From positions 17,094,058 through 17,158,057 of the forward strand of contig OZ316897.1 in assembly GCA_973895155.1 (NCBI GenBank): a stretch of 64,000 bases of DNA, in the 5' to 3' direction. The DNA comes from Marsupella aquatica. Taxonomy: Eukaryota; Plantae; Marchantiophyta. Positions within the stretch are counted from its first letter, which is position 1. The number at the start of each line of letters is the position of its first letter. The notes under the pieces are model-generated. The model worked only from the letters and a program-made list of their open reading frames with translations. It was not told the DNA's origin and ran no database searches. Positions 48,529-60,128 of this stretch are shown piece by piece. Both the position numbers and the translations under genes were made by a program.

Positions 48529-49750
48529 ACCGTCTCTTGTGAAATTACCCTTCAGAGATCATGCAGCAGAAATAACACAATTTCCGTTTTTCTATTATAT
48601 TTGATCAACCTTGATGAATTTACACAGTTACTCGGGCAGTCGACCTTATTACTGCTCAAAGCTAAAGCCCAGCGGGCGGAAAGAATTTAGATTTGTATGC
48701 CTGAAGCAAATTGAGGTCTTGGAAATCACGCTAGCTAAAGATTGCATCAGCAAATGATTGTACATATGAGTTGATGGTTGAGCCCCTTTACAGTCATTAA
48801 AATAAAGAAATTGCCACATTCGGTTTGTCATTTAAAAGGTCCGTTGTATACTGTTTCGGTCATTGGCAGAGATGTGCTGCTCTCTTTAGGCACAAGAGTT
48901 TCGCATGCACTTGATGAAGTGACCTTACAAATGACAATTATGCCTAACTAATTCTTCCAAGGTACATTGTTCTGTGTCAGTTGTGAGATGATGTGCCAAT
49001 TGATATCGTGAGTGGAAGAACTCAGGGTGTGACCGACTATTTAAGGATCGGGAGAAGAGGATGTTGAAACCTTTGTAAAATTGCATTGTCAATGCTTGCC
49101 AGGTCTCCACTGGATTACTTCGACTCTGCTCCGTAAGTCGTACCATCCGTCGCAAGTAATCAATGCCAGCTCCCGTTTGGCTTGAAACCCATCACCAAAA
49201 ACTTGCCGTCGGTAGCTTTTGTCGTTCTTACAAGGGTTCCATCAGACATCAATTGAGATGCAGCCAGATTTGAAAATAAATCCAAGCGCGTAGATATATG
49301 TTCCTCGATCTGGCTTCGTGGATATTTGAATACTTTCTCCGAATCACCAGTAGTTCAATCCGCATTATTTATTTATTGGTTTCGGTGCTGTGTGATGAGA
49401 GAGGAGCCCGGAAACGATAGTTCAAGAAGACCTCCACCCAATATGTACACCCGTACGGGTACCCTTAATGCGCCTTCAGCCTCTGTTTTGATTCAACTCA
49501 ATTTGATTTCATCGCTCGACGTGGTGACGATTCCTCTGTACATGGAGCTGATAATCAAACCTGTCCTTGTACCAGAGATCCAAATAGTGCCCGTATTTGA
49601 TCTTAGTGAAGTATCCCAGACTGTTGCACTGCACTGAGTACGTAGATTCTTCAGCTGAGCACCTGAACGATCTAGAAATCTATCGAAGAACATCAGTACT
49701 CAGGTATTGAGCGTTCTTTGCACCGTCACGGTCTGCAGAACTTCAGAATT

Positions 49751-52700
49751 TCAACCAGCTTTCAGTCTAGGAATTTGTGTTGTGGCCCAAGTAGGTTCAT
49801 GATAAGTGTCGTAGATGACTAGATTCCCATCATCCCGCATGATCAGTTTATAAGGAGCGGTGCCCTTTCTGCCTCCGGAGGACCATATCGGTGCGCGGGG
49901 TGTTGCAAAATTGCCACTCGTATGGTAAAGAACGAGGTTGCCGTCTCTCTGCATATAGAGGTTTCCAACACCCTCGTCGGTGGTCCCTGAAGCCCATGTG
50001 GCATTCCTGTGCTTGTTAAAGATAACCAGGTTACCATCTGCTTGATTGACGAACGTGTACATCATATTTCTTGAAACCAACTTCTCGTTAGTTCGTAGGA
50101 CATCTCCAGAAGATAATGTGTCACTGGTTCGCGGCACCGGATTCCTGCGAAATATGTCATACGCGAAATGAGGAATGTTGCGTACGTCTATATATCTAAT
50201 TTGCAGTTGAGCTCATGTTACAACTTCTATAATCCTACCAAAGCTCGCGAACCTCAAACTCACCCATTGGTTGCCCAAACAGGATTGTAATAACCGTCGT
50301 AGATCACTAAATTCCCATCGTCTTGCATGATCAGTTTGTAAGGGCTAGTGCCCCTTCCGAACGTCCCGGAAGACCACATCAATTTGCCGGGAATTCCAAC
50401 GGCACCATCTGTATTGTAGAGAACTAGATTTCCATCTCTCTGCATATAGAGGTTTCCAGCACCCGTGTGGCAGGTCCCCGCAGACCATGTCGCTTTCGCA
50501 TTCCGGTTGTAGATAACCAGGTCACCATCTATTTGATTGACGAAAGTGTACATTCCATTTCTCGAAACCAACTTGTCATTGGGCTGTAACCAAGTCACGA
50601 TGCTGGGCATTTCAGCCCTGCCGGCCACTCTGGTAAACAGCCCGCTGGTGAGCACAAAACAAACGATTCAGGCAATTTGGTTAGACTTGAGACTTGTACT
50701 TTAAGTTGAGAAGTTCACCCAAAACCCCATGCCATTGATAATAACGCCCAACAGAAGGCGATTGACTTAATTTGACGCTGGTAGTCCATTAGCAAAGCTA
50801 CAAGATGTGGGAAATATTGAAGTGTCCGGCCGTATCTCATAATTTGACAGGAAGCCTATGAATGCTCACCTCGTTGTATCTAGAGTCCGGGTGGCCCATA
50901 TAGCCACCGAATCAGCGTCATAGATTACTAGATTTCCATCGTCTTGCATTACCAACCTAAAGCCTGGTCGGGTGGCTATTGAGATTCCTTGTGACATGGA
51001 AGCCCAGATTGGCATCCCGGCCTCAACATCGACCAGAACCAGATTTCCATCCGTCAATAAGTTCAGTTCTCCCTGCGTCAGTCTCCCCGGCCCCGTCCCC
51101 GACGCCCATGTAGGTCGCCCGTCCTTATTGTAGGTCACGAGATTCCCGTCGTCTTGATTCACGAAAGTGTATTCGTCTGCGGCCGAAACCAACGATTCTC
51201 CGGACTGTAACGAGCCACTGGCTTGCAACTCGGACTTGGTAAAAGATCTCCTGCACGATCCCAATGAGAAGTTCAATTGCGTAAGATCTAATTTGCAATC
51301 AATTGAGTGCATGCCTTGAGTACGTACATCAAAATGTGAAGTACTTTCTAAAAATCTCACCACACGGTTCCAGAATTTGAGGCCCAGGTGCGGTTGGAAT
51401 TAGAGTCGTAGATCACTAGATGCCCATCGTCCTGCACGACGAGTTTGTATGGGGCGGTGCCCCTTCTGGCCGTGCCGGAAGACCATATTCGTGTGCCTGG
51501 GCTTGCAACATCGCTATCCGTGTTGTATAGAGCCAGATCACCGTCGGTCTGCATATAGAGGTTTCCAGCGCCCTTGTTGCATGTCCCTGAAGTCCATGTG
51601 GCTTCCCCATCCTTGTTGTAGATGCACAGGTTACCATCTCCTTGATTCACGAACGTGTACTTTCCATTGCTGGAAACCAATTTGTCACAGGTTTGTAACC
51701 AAGTAACGGAGCTCGGCATCTCAGCTTTGCCAGCCGCGAGTTTGAAAAGCCCGCTGTTGGACAGACACAAGCTAGGGGCTTCAGTTCTTATTGAGCAGTC
51801 AACAAAAAAGCTAAGAGACACACTCATGATCGAAGCACAATAATTCTATAATTTTATGTATGTGACGGGTGAACTAAAAAGCTGTGAGCTTAATGGAACT
51901 GCCGAAGTTGACCAGGCCTAGAAGTACTCACCTGGATGAATCTGACCAGCTGGCCCATGTAGGCACATGATTAGCGCCGTAGATGACCAGATTTCCATCG
52001 TCTTGCATGGTCAACTTATATGGTCCGGGGGCCCTTGCGGTTCCTTGCGACATAGAAGCCCAGATCGGTTTGCCGGTGCCCTCGGTATCGAAGAGAACGA
52101 GATTTCCATCCGTCAGTAACAAGAAGTCCCCCCGACCCTTTCTAGAGGTTCGCGATTCCCATGTTGAAAATCCCTTCCGGTCGTTAAAGAGACACAGATT
52201 TCCATCCTCCTGATTGGTGAATGCGTACTCCATTGAGCGCGACACCAGTGACTCTCCCGCAGGTAATTCGCTACCTTCAGGCAATGAATCCCCGAACGCA
52301 GACCTGCGAACAAATGTCCTACACGATCCCGCAGGGAAATTCATCAAGATATGTTCTGAAATCTACTTCTACTTTGCCATTGTATGTTTTAGTTATACGT
52401 CTTCTGGAGTTAATAAAGATGTAGTTGGAGTTGCTCTTCAAACTCACCTCATATTGAACCGCGAAGTTTGAGAAGTTGATGGTGGATCGATTATGGTCCA
52501 CTGTTGCAACGTCGTCTGCACCTGTTCCGTGAGCGCATCCGTGGTGGCGGAATCGACGTTGACCGTTGGTTGTGTGCCCGGTTCTCTGATGAGGCTGGGT
52601 AACAGACGGAGCAGCTCGATGTTTTTGGGGAGAGATTGGCCGAGGCGGGGAAGATAGGTCCGATAGTTGCACTCTGGGCAGTTGATCACTGCATCTGATG

Positions 52701-52836
52701 GTGGGACTCTGGTCGACGGTCGTAGCTGATTCAAGCAGAGCTCGCAGAATGAGTGGCCGCATGCCAGAAGCAGAGGCACGTGGAGATCTTCATCGTATGC
52801 TTGCAGGCAGACGACACAGTCAGGTACTTGAGCCAT
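49751..52836 (-). CDS. RING-HC finger + five GNA/B-type (bulb) lectin domains, 6 exons: 52836-52448, 52318-51932, 51753-51361, 51250-50870, 50644-50264, 50144-49751 (774 aa)
   Basis: Exon 1 encodes CVVC..CGHSFCELC..CPEC..LPKNIELLRLL (C3HC4). Exons 2-6 each encode one B-lectin domain with three QxDGNLVxY-like subdomains. All five introns are phase 2, GTGAG..YAG, giving 2325 nt with no stop. Confidence 0.85.
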
Positions 52837-53030
52837 TCTTCAGATTCTTTCCTTCCAGAAGGCTCGATGGATCCGATCCTCCTTCGAAACTATTCAATTC
52901 AGTTTCGGCTCAGACTCCAGTATGTTTTCGCTGAGTAGGTGTTGTCTCAGTGATGACACAAATACTACTACTTTGCCGCAATCAATTCGGATTCCAATCA
53001 CAAACAATCACTGGGTGTGACGAGAGCAAG

Positions 53031-53295
53031 TTCCTTCCTGGCTGCCTCTCCTACCAATTCAACGTGGGTCTGTGTTGTAGCTCTCTTTTGCTATTACTAT
53101 TCAAATGCTCTTTGGACTTCTTCAGCTTTCGAGTTCCAAACAGTCAGAATAGGAAACCGAATTCTTTCATGAGAACAAATTCCTTCCTGGCTACCTCTCC
53201 TACCAATTCAACGCGGGTCTGTGTTGCAGCTCCCTTTTGCTTCACTGTTCAAATGCTCGTTTGACTTCCAATTCTTCAGCGTTCGAATTCCAAAC
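53031..53295. repeat. ~149-bp-period duplication upstream of the RING-lectin gene
   Basis: TTCCTTCCTGGCT(G/A)CCTCTCCTACCAATTCAACG(T/C)GGGTCTGTGTTG..TTCCAAAC at 53031 and 53180. Confidence 0.88.
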
Positions 53296-54016
53296 TGTCA
53301 CTCAACTCGAAGAAATCGAACTCTTTCTTCGAATTCCAAACAATATCACTGCGAGAAAACATGCAATTCTTTCATTTCCTGTATTAATCCCCTAGAACAT
53401 AGAATACCTCCACCTTCACATTCGATCCAGAGTGGAGTAGTCTACTCAGCTTGAACAAGATATCACCGAATCCCGAAGGAATTCCATTGTCTATCGACCG
53501 ACCTCGGGATTTCTGACTCGAATCCCTCCAAGATTTTTCTCTTTGTATCTGTTTGAAGTTCATAATTTGAGAAAATGCCCATCACAGAAATCTCCGTGAA
53601 AAAACTTTCAGCCATTAAAGCGTATTAAAAACAAGGACGTTATGATCAATAATAGTCCCTCGAAATGTGGGCTGGACTACTCTTTGGAGCATTAAACTCC
53701 ACCAACTTGGACTAAGTTAGATAAGTTAGTCAAAAGGGTCATAATAGACCAGAGTGCACTCCAAGCTTCCCCTCAAAGCATGTGCTAAAACACTCTTTGG
53801 GGCATAGTAGCCCACACTTTAAAGGCCTAATAAGAGAACGTTTTTTTTCATTTTATTGTTTTTAGTAAAAGTAGATGAGAAGTTTCATTATTTCCCCTCA
53901 AAATCTAGATCTTCTCCATATAGCATGCTCATCCTGGAACATGCTTTACTTTTTGTCTTGTAGTGATATTAAGTGGACAAAATTAAAGAGTAAGACTAGA
54001 ATACATATTAAATGTG

Positions 54017-54196
54017 AATGAAATCAAATAATATAAATCAAGTACATGCAATAAAAGCACATAGTGACCAATGGAAAGTACAATTTTATTACACAAAGTT
54101 GCTACGAGTTGTGTACAATGAAATCAAATAATATAAATAAAGCACATGCAATAAAAGCACATAGTGACCAATGGAAAGTACAATTTTATTACACAA
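54017..54196. repeat. 100-bp-period tandem duplication
   Basis: AATGAAATCAAATAATATAAAT..GACCAATGGAAAGTACAATTTTATTACACAA at ~54017 and ~54117. Confidence 0.9.
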
Positions 54197-54357
54197 GATC
54201 TTACCACATATTTCAATGTGTCTTATTAATGACTCTTATTCAATAAAAACCATAAACTTAGGAAAGAAAGCCACAAGGGGACCTTAAGACAGGATGTGCT
54301 AACATTTCTTAGAATCATTCCTCTCACTCATGAGTATACTTAAAAGCGGTAGAAAAT

Positions 54358-54516
54358 GAAGCCCTTAGTTTCTCTCTAGGACTTAACAAAGTTTACAAAT
54401 TAAGGGGGCTGCCAATATAAATTCAAAACACTATAGAAGCCCTTAGTTTCTCTCTAGGACTTAACAAAGTTTACAAATTAAGGGGGCTGCCAATATAAAT
54501 TCAAAACACTATAGAA
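54358..54516. repeat. Exact 78-bp tandem duplication
   Basis: GAAGCCCTTAGTTTCTCTCTAGGACTT..CAAAACACTATA occurs twice. Confidence 0.92.
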
Positions 54517-55260
54517 TATCAAAAATTTAAAGGGGTCCAAAAATGAATTAAAAGTCTATGTGATACAAAGGATGCCCCTTGTTAAGGTACATTCAAATAA
54601 AAATTCATAATACACAAATATGAATAAGTAGCAGCTTCAAAAATTCTCCATATAAGTAGAGAACGTACAAGAACAGATGAGAATCTTTCTAAAGAGGTAA
54701 TCCAAATCTTGACCTGGCCTTCTTTGCACGACTGTCCAAGAATGCACTGAATAGGAAAAGAAAAATCTTGGGAGAAATTTGAAAAAGTGGAGTGAATTGT
54801 GTCTAAATGGTGTGTGGATAAGTGCAGTTCATGGATAAGGGCAGGCTCTATACATCCTTGTATAAATGCCACCTGGACGGTGATGTTTGCATTTCATGGA
54901 TAAGTACAGGCCCTAAACATCCTTGTATATGTACCACCTGGTGGTATTTCCCAGGAGCTTGCACTTAGACAAGGTTTATTACCAAGTCTCAAATCTTATT
55001 ATATAATTGCAAACAGAAACTACTTTTAAGGGCTACCATTTAGAATGAAGACTCTAGAATATAACTCAAATAAGAACAAAATGTACAATGTTTTTTAAAT
55101 AAGACAAATCTAAAAGGTGCAAAAAAAATAGGTATACAAAGATAAGGGAAAAGAGTATAGATTTTATTTATATATATTTTTCAATTTTTTTTGTTTTCAA
55201 TTCTATTTACATTCAAGGAACTGGTAGTAGGCTAATATTGATAAAAAAAAACCATCTCAT

Positions 55261-55601
55261 GGGAGTCCTGCAACTAGGGCTCACCAAAACTGGGTATAGC
55301 AGGGCAATGATATTTTTGGGCTGCCTCTCAGATTTGAGAGGGGTTACAACAGTGTGTGAAAATCCTAACGGGAGTCAATGAAGAAGGGGAGTCAATGAAG
55401 AAGGGGAGTCAATGAACACACTCAAATCAAATCAGCTCCTCTCCTCGTAGCAGTCAGCCCTTAGTGTTGGTCACTACTATCACTCATGAATGGTAGGGCC
55501 TCACATTGCCCTACCAGTCATTCGTGCTACCCCGGGCCATAACACCACCGGACAAGGTCGCGCGCAAAAATTGAAAAAATTGATTGTATTTGAGACTCCC
55601 T
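55261..55601. mobile_element. Degenerate MITE-like element of the same TIR family, with an internal 17-bp repeat
   Basis: Right end TTTGAGACTCCCT at 55589-55601; weak left end GGGAGTC at 55261. GGGAGTCAATGAA(GAAG) occurs three times at ~55370-55416. Confidence 0.4.
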
Positions 55602-58600
55602 ATGGTAACATCCTTGTATAAGTGCGCCTATATGTTGAGTTCAAACATTTATTATCGAATCTTGAAAAGGACGGTGATCATTTCCCTTTAAAAGTGTCAT
55701 GTATAAGTAGTGCAAATACTCGCTGACTGATGTGTGCGGTTTCCCTTGCCACTGTGGTGATTGATCGTTCAGTCACGTGTAGTGAATGGTGATCATTTCG
55801 CTGGCATTCGGAAATCAGAAATTGAAATCAGTGTCATCTATAAAGTCTAATCACTCTCAGACCGGGGTAGATATTTTGACAAATCAACTCAAAAATTTCA
55901 GAGGTTTCTGAATTGTGGGTGGCAATGAGATCAATTGAAGATGACCATGGTACAAGTCGCAATTGGTATAGAAAACAAAGGATCTATGTATAGAACTTGG
56001 GGGCCAATCACTTGTTATTGCGGTTCATGCAGAGGATGCATGCAATCGAATGTGAAAAAGCAAACCTCGTTACTGCTCTTGGGATCGACTCATTTTGAAA
56101 ACATATCGCGGAAGTTGCTGTTTGGCTCATTTGAGATCACGGTATTCACTTATTCACAAAACACTTCACAAGATCTTAAATATCTACCTGGAAGCTTGCT
56201 CTTTTGCAATTTCGGTTCCAATTTATAACCAGAAACAAGTAAATTTAATCGGTAATCCCACACACAACAGTGAACTCAAATTCTGAACTCATTATTTGCA
56301 CATCATTGGATTCCGAGTGACCAATTTGTTTCTAAGTCTACGGTGAAAATCTGTTCTGCAGCTTGATGCCAAAAATCCTCATGAAATTGAATTTCTTTAC
56401 AGCAGCATCGATTCCTCATGCTGCACCTTGTGTCTAGTGCAGCCGTCGTGATCTCCTGCTTCGAACTGTGGCTGACATGACCTGATAAAACTCATGCATT
56501 TGTCTAAACAAATGATTCCATTAAGGTGCACCAATATGCATATGAACAATTCCATCAAGCTGCACTATACGCATATACACAATGAGTTCCATGACCATTT
56601 CCCCATGTCTTGTAGTTCCAAATAGCTCGATGGCAGCGCATGACACACCTAGCTGGTGTTTCTTTAATGCACTTTGATCCAGGGCAACCCGCGGTCACCC
56701 ATACAACCATTTCACCTGATACATATGGACCACTTTGGTGGCATATATTGGTTACCAGTTTCTCCGCTTCGGATTGCCGGTGGTGCGAATGATTTGTCGG
56801 GCGCTTGTGCAAAATTGCATTCCTCAGCTGTCTTGTACTTTCATTCTGGCTGACATGCTTTTTTCTTCAGGCCCGAATAATTACTTGCCCAATGAGACAA
56901 GAGATACCGGCCCTGAATGGATGAACGACAACAGAAACAGACAATACAAAAGGATAAGTACAGGGAAAATTCTTGCCACCATCAGAGGAAGATGCAGAAT
57001 CGTAACAAGAAGAAAAAGCTAGGACTACAGTCAAGAGATGAACGTCACATGCTGCCAGCAATGAGAGCTTGCACCCCTTTTTCAAAACTTGAGTTCGAGT
57101 TGACATCACCAATTTCGCTCAAAATATTTCTGCTAAATTTCTTCACAGGCTCTGCGATGGACCAATTCGTTCATAGCCAATTTCGCCATTACCAATGGAA
57201 TATTTCTTGATGTATCCGACGTAATCAGAACGACAAATTACAGTAGCAGAATGCAGACAGTGATGAAAATGTCAAACTAGAGAGAGAAACAAAACACTCT
57301 TGAGACAAATCTGGTCCAACAACGATTCCACATTTCGTCACGTTACATAACACTTCATAGGATGTATCTCCAGCATCTTGCACCAAGAAAACACGAAGGC
57401 TGTCGAATTCATATGATTATGGGTTCGGTTGCTAACGCACCTGACGTGATGAGTTTAGTTAATTTTTTTACTTGGAGGCGAGTCTATTCATTGTACTGTA
57501 TTTCTGTCTTTCTATGTGCAGTTGTTCTTCGGTGTCGTCTATGTTAGAATACACTCTAATTATAGAGTACAGTCCCAATGCTTTGGCGTTCGCTCTTCTT
57601 GTAAAAAGCTTCTGTTTGCTAAGAGTTTCTAGCCTACCACCCCCAATCAAGCCATTCATCAAGCATTGGGGATCGAGCATTGGGGATTTGCAGAGTGTTA
57701 ACTTCATTCAGATTTTCCTGTGAGCCTGGCCAATAATTATCCCTAATGATTCCTACCAGATACTAGGATAGCTTATTTTTTAAGTGTGAATTTTTACCAA
57801 ATTCCACCTCCCAAAAAAATGTCTGCCACTTTTGGCTAACATTCTCTAGACTTTTTTAACACCATTTGCCACTTTTCCACCTACTCATGGACCCCATTTG
57901 CCATCTAATGACCCTCCTTAAATCTGGGGATATCTGACAGTCATGATTTAATTCAGGAAAATCTGGCAGAGAATATTCCTAGAGTCTTCTCCCTTAGAGA
58001 AGCCAATGTTGGCCACACTGGCTAAAAATTAAAAAAAAACCTTAAAAAAAAAGCTGATTAGGATCCTTTGGCTCTCAGCTCCATTCACCCTCCTCTTTTT
58101 TCTGCTTTTTTTGTGTTGAATTCTGTGTCTTCTCCTCTTTTCTGAACTCTATTTGTCTTTTTCCCTTCAATGTTTCTCATTTCTTCCTAACTCTATTTGG
58201 CTTTATCTCTTTTGTATCTTTCTCGTTTTTGGTTTTCGATTTTTGTTCTCTCGTTTCTTTTTATCTCTATCTATCGTGTTTTCTTTTGTATCTTTCTTCT
58301 TTTTCTTATTTATACATTTCCCTCATTTTTGTACTACTTTATCAAAGATGAAACATCTATGTACTCCAATGTGGTAAGATGAATAGGGCTTTTTCTTAAG
58401 TTTCTAATAGAACAAAATAGTGATCTAGTAGAGTGAGCCAGCTCATGGATGTAAGCAATTCAAACTGGCTTTAAAACCTTTTAAGCAGCTCAAATTCCAC
58501 AAGAAAACTCCACAGAATTGGACAAAGCTATGGAATGCTATAACAGATCCTTGCTGTAGGAGCAATACTATATGTCAAATGGAATGTTTCAACACAAATT

Positions 58601-59350
58601 TTAACAGATGACAGAATTGCAAAATAAAATGTGCACCATAGCTTGTGCTAAGCCCATATTTCTCTCATTGCAAGCCGTTCACCTATGCCTTTCTAGTTCC
58701 CACTTTACTGTAGTAATTTGTGACACTAGAGTTTGCTGAGAGCATCCCGTAGACATGCTGTTCTGGAGTGTTTGGCCTCAATGGCATTATGGAGAAGACA
58801 TGAAAGAGTCATAAAGAGAGTGTTGTAGTCTCATCATGCACCACAAAAGACAAAATAGACTCAACCTGAATCCATAACTCAGACCTGCGAGTTGTGAGAC
58901 AGTGAAAAAAATGGCACACAGAACTATCAATGTTGGTCACATTTTAGCAATGTGGCGGACACGGATTTTCCGCCACTTTTTTTCCCAGGAATCTCTCGCT
59001 GACTGCTACAAGAGGCAGCAGCACGACGTTTGAGGCGCACTAATCTGAAGCACCACAGAAAGAACCGCAGCCCAAACATGTGAGTTATGGACATCAGTCA
59101 CAAGTGGTAGGACAAACTTTTGCAACTCTGTCACTTTACTTCTGGGAAAAGGTGTGTGACCAATGCGATTCCACCCCTTTATTTCCAGGGAAAATGTGTG
59201 ACTGTGACCAAACCAAAACCCATAAAGCCCCTGTTTGAAGTTACGGGCAACTTGCCAAGTTGTCGGGCACATAAACTTGTCACTTACCGGGCGGAAATCG
59301 TTCAAAATGCCGGATATGCCTGATTATTCCCCAGCCCGGCCCGTCCCTTC

Positions 59351-59558
59351 CCGAACCTGGCCCAGCCCTGCACCCGGCCTGGACCCCGGACCGACCAGGG
59401 GGTTCGTGGGAGGGGGGGGGGGGGGGTCCGAACCTGGCCCAGCCCTGCACCCGGCCTGGACCCCAGACCGACCAGGGGGTTCGTGGGGGGGGGGTGACGG
59501 ACTCTAAAGGCTCTCTTTGCCGGGCAAGTCCAAACCGGGCACAGAGTTGAGACTCCCT
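59351..59558. repeat. GC-rich 77-bp tandem duplication with poly-G tracts, ending in a family TIR
   Basis: CCGAACCTGGCCCAGCCCTGCACCCGGCCTGGACCCC..GGTTCGTGGG(G)n at 59351 and 59428. TTGAGACTCCCT|ATT at 59547-59561. Confidence 0.85.
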
Positions 59559-60128
59559 ATTAAAGTGACTCTTGTCATTTTGGGGAAGAGTTGGCTTTGA
59601 TCATAAAGAGAGTGTCGTGGTCTTATCCTCCACCACATAAGACTGGTGCAACCAAAATAGGCTCAGCGTAACATGTGTGGCAGACTATACTCAGGAGGGG
59701 GCCATAAATCCATGTTCCAGAGCAAAAGTTGGGACTGTAGTTTCTCCTGAAGTCCGACTACGTCGACATGGAAGCTGAATGATTAGTTTGTTGAAGCGAG
59801 AATCCCACAGCAAATTCTCTCTGGTTTCCAATTGTAGCAGAGGGAAGCAGAGATCTCTCTATCAATTGAACACTTACTGTAGACTTATTAAATACTTGGG
59901 GGAATTCGAGGTATTGAAGGCCGTGACAATAATGAAGTGGTGGGTCACATTATCTGCTTGAGTGATTGTCAGTAAGCCAAGGCATCGTGTTGGGCAAGCG
60001 AACGGAGCTGTGAGAATTGGGTGAGAATTGGGTCATCAGGAGGTGAGCAATTCGTGGGTTGGATGTGAGTAGGGAGGCCGGTGGACCACGAAGGCAGGAA
60101 ATCTCTTCCAGAAGACTGAGTGAATGAG

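Noticed and set aside
50260-52347. Reading the lectin ORFs as a cluster of independent small lectin genes
   Set aside because: Most lack a suitably placed ATG, each ends exactly at a GTGAG donor and begins after a YAG acceptor in matching phase, so a single spliced gene is more parsimonious.
56555-57723. Several 60-97-aa ORFs on both strands
   Set aside because: No motif, no consistent splice model and no homology recognised.
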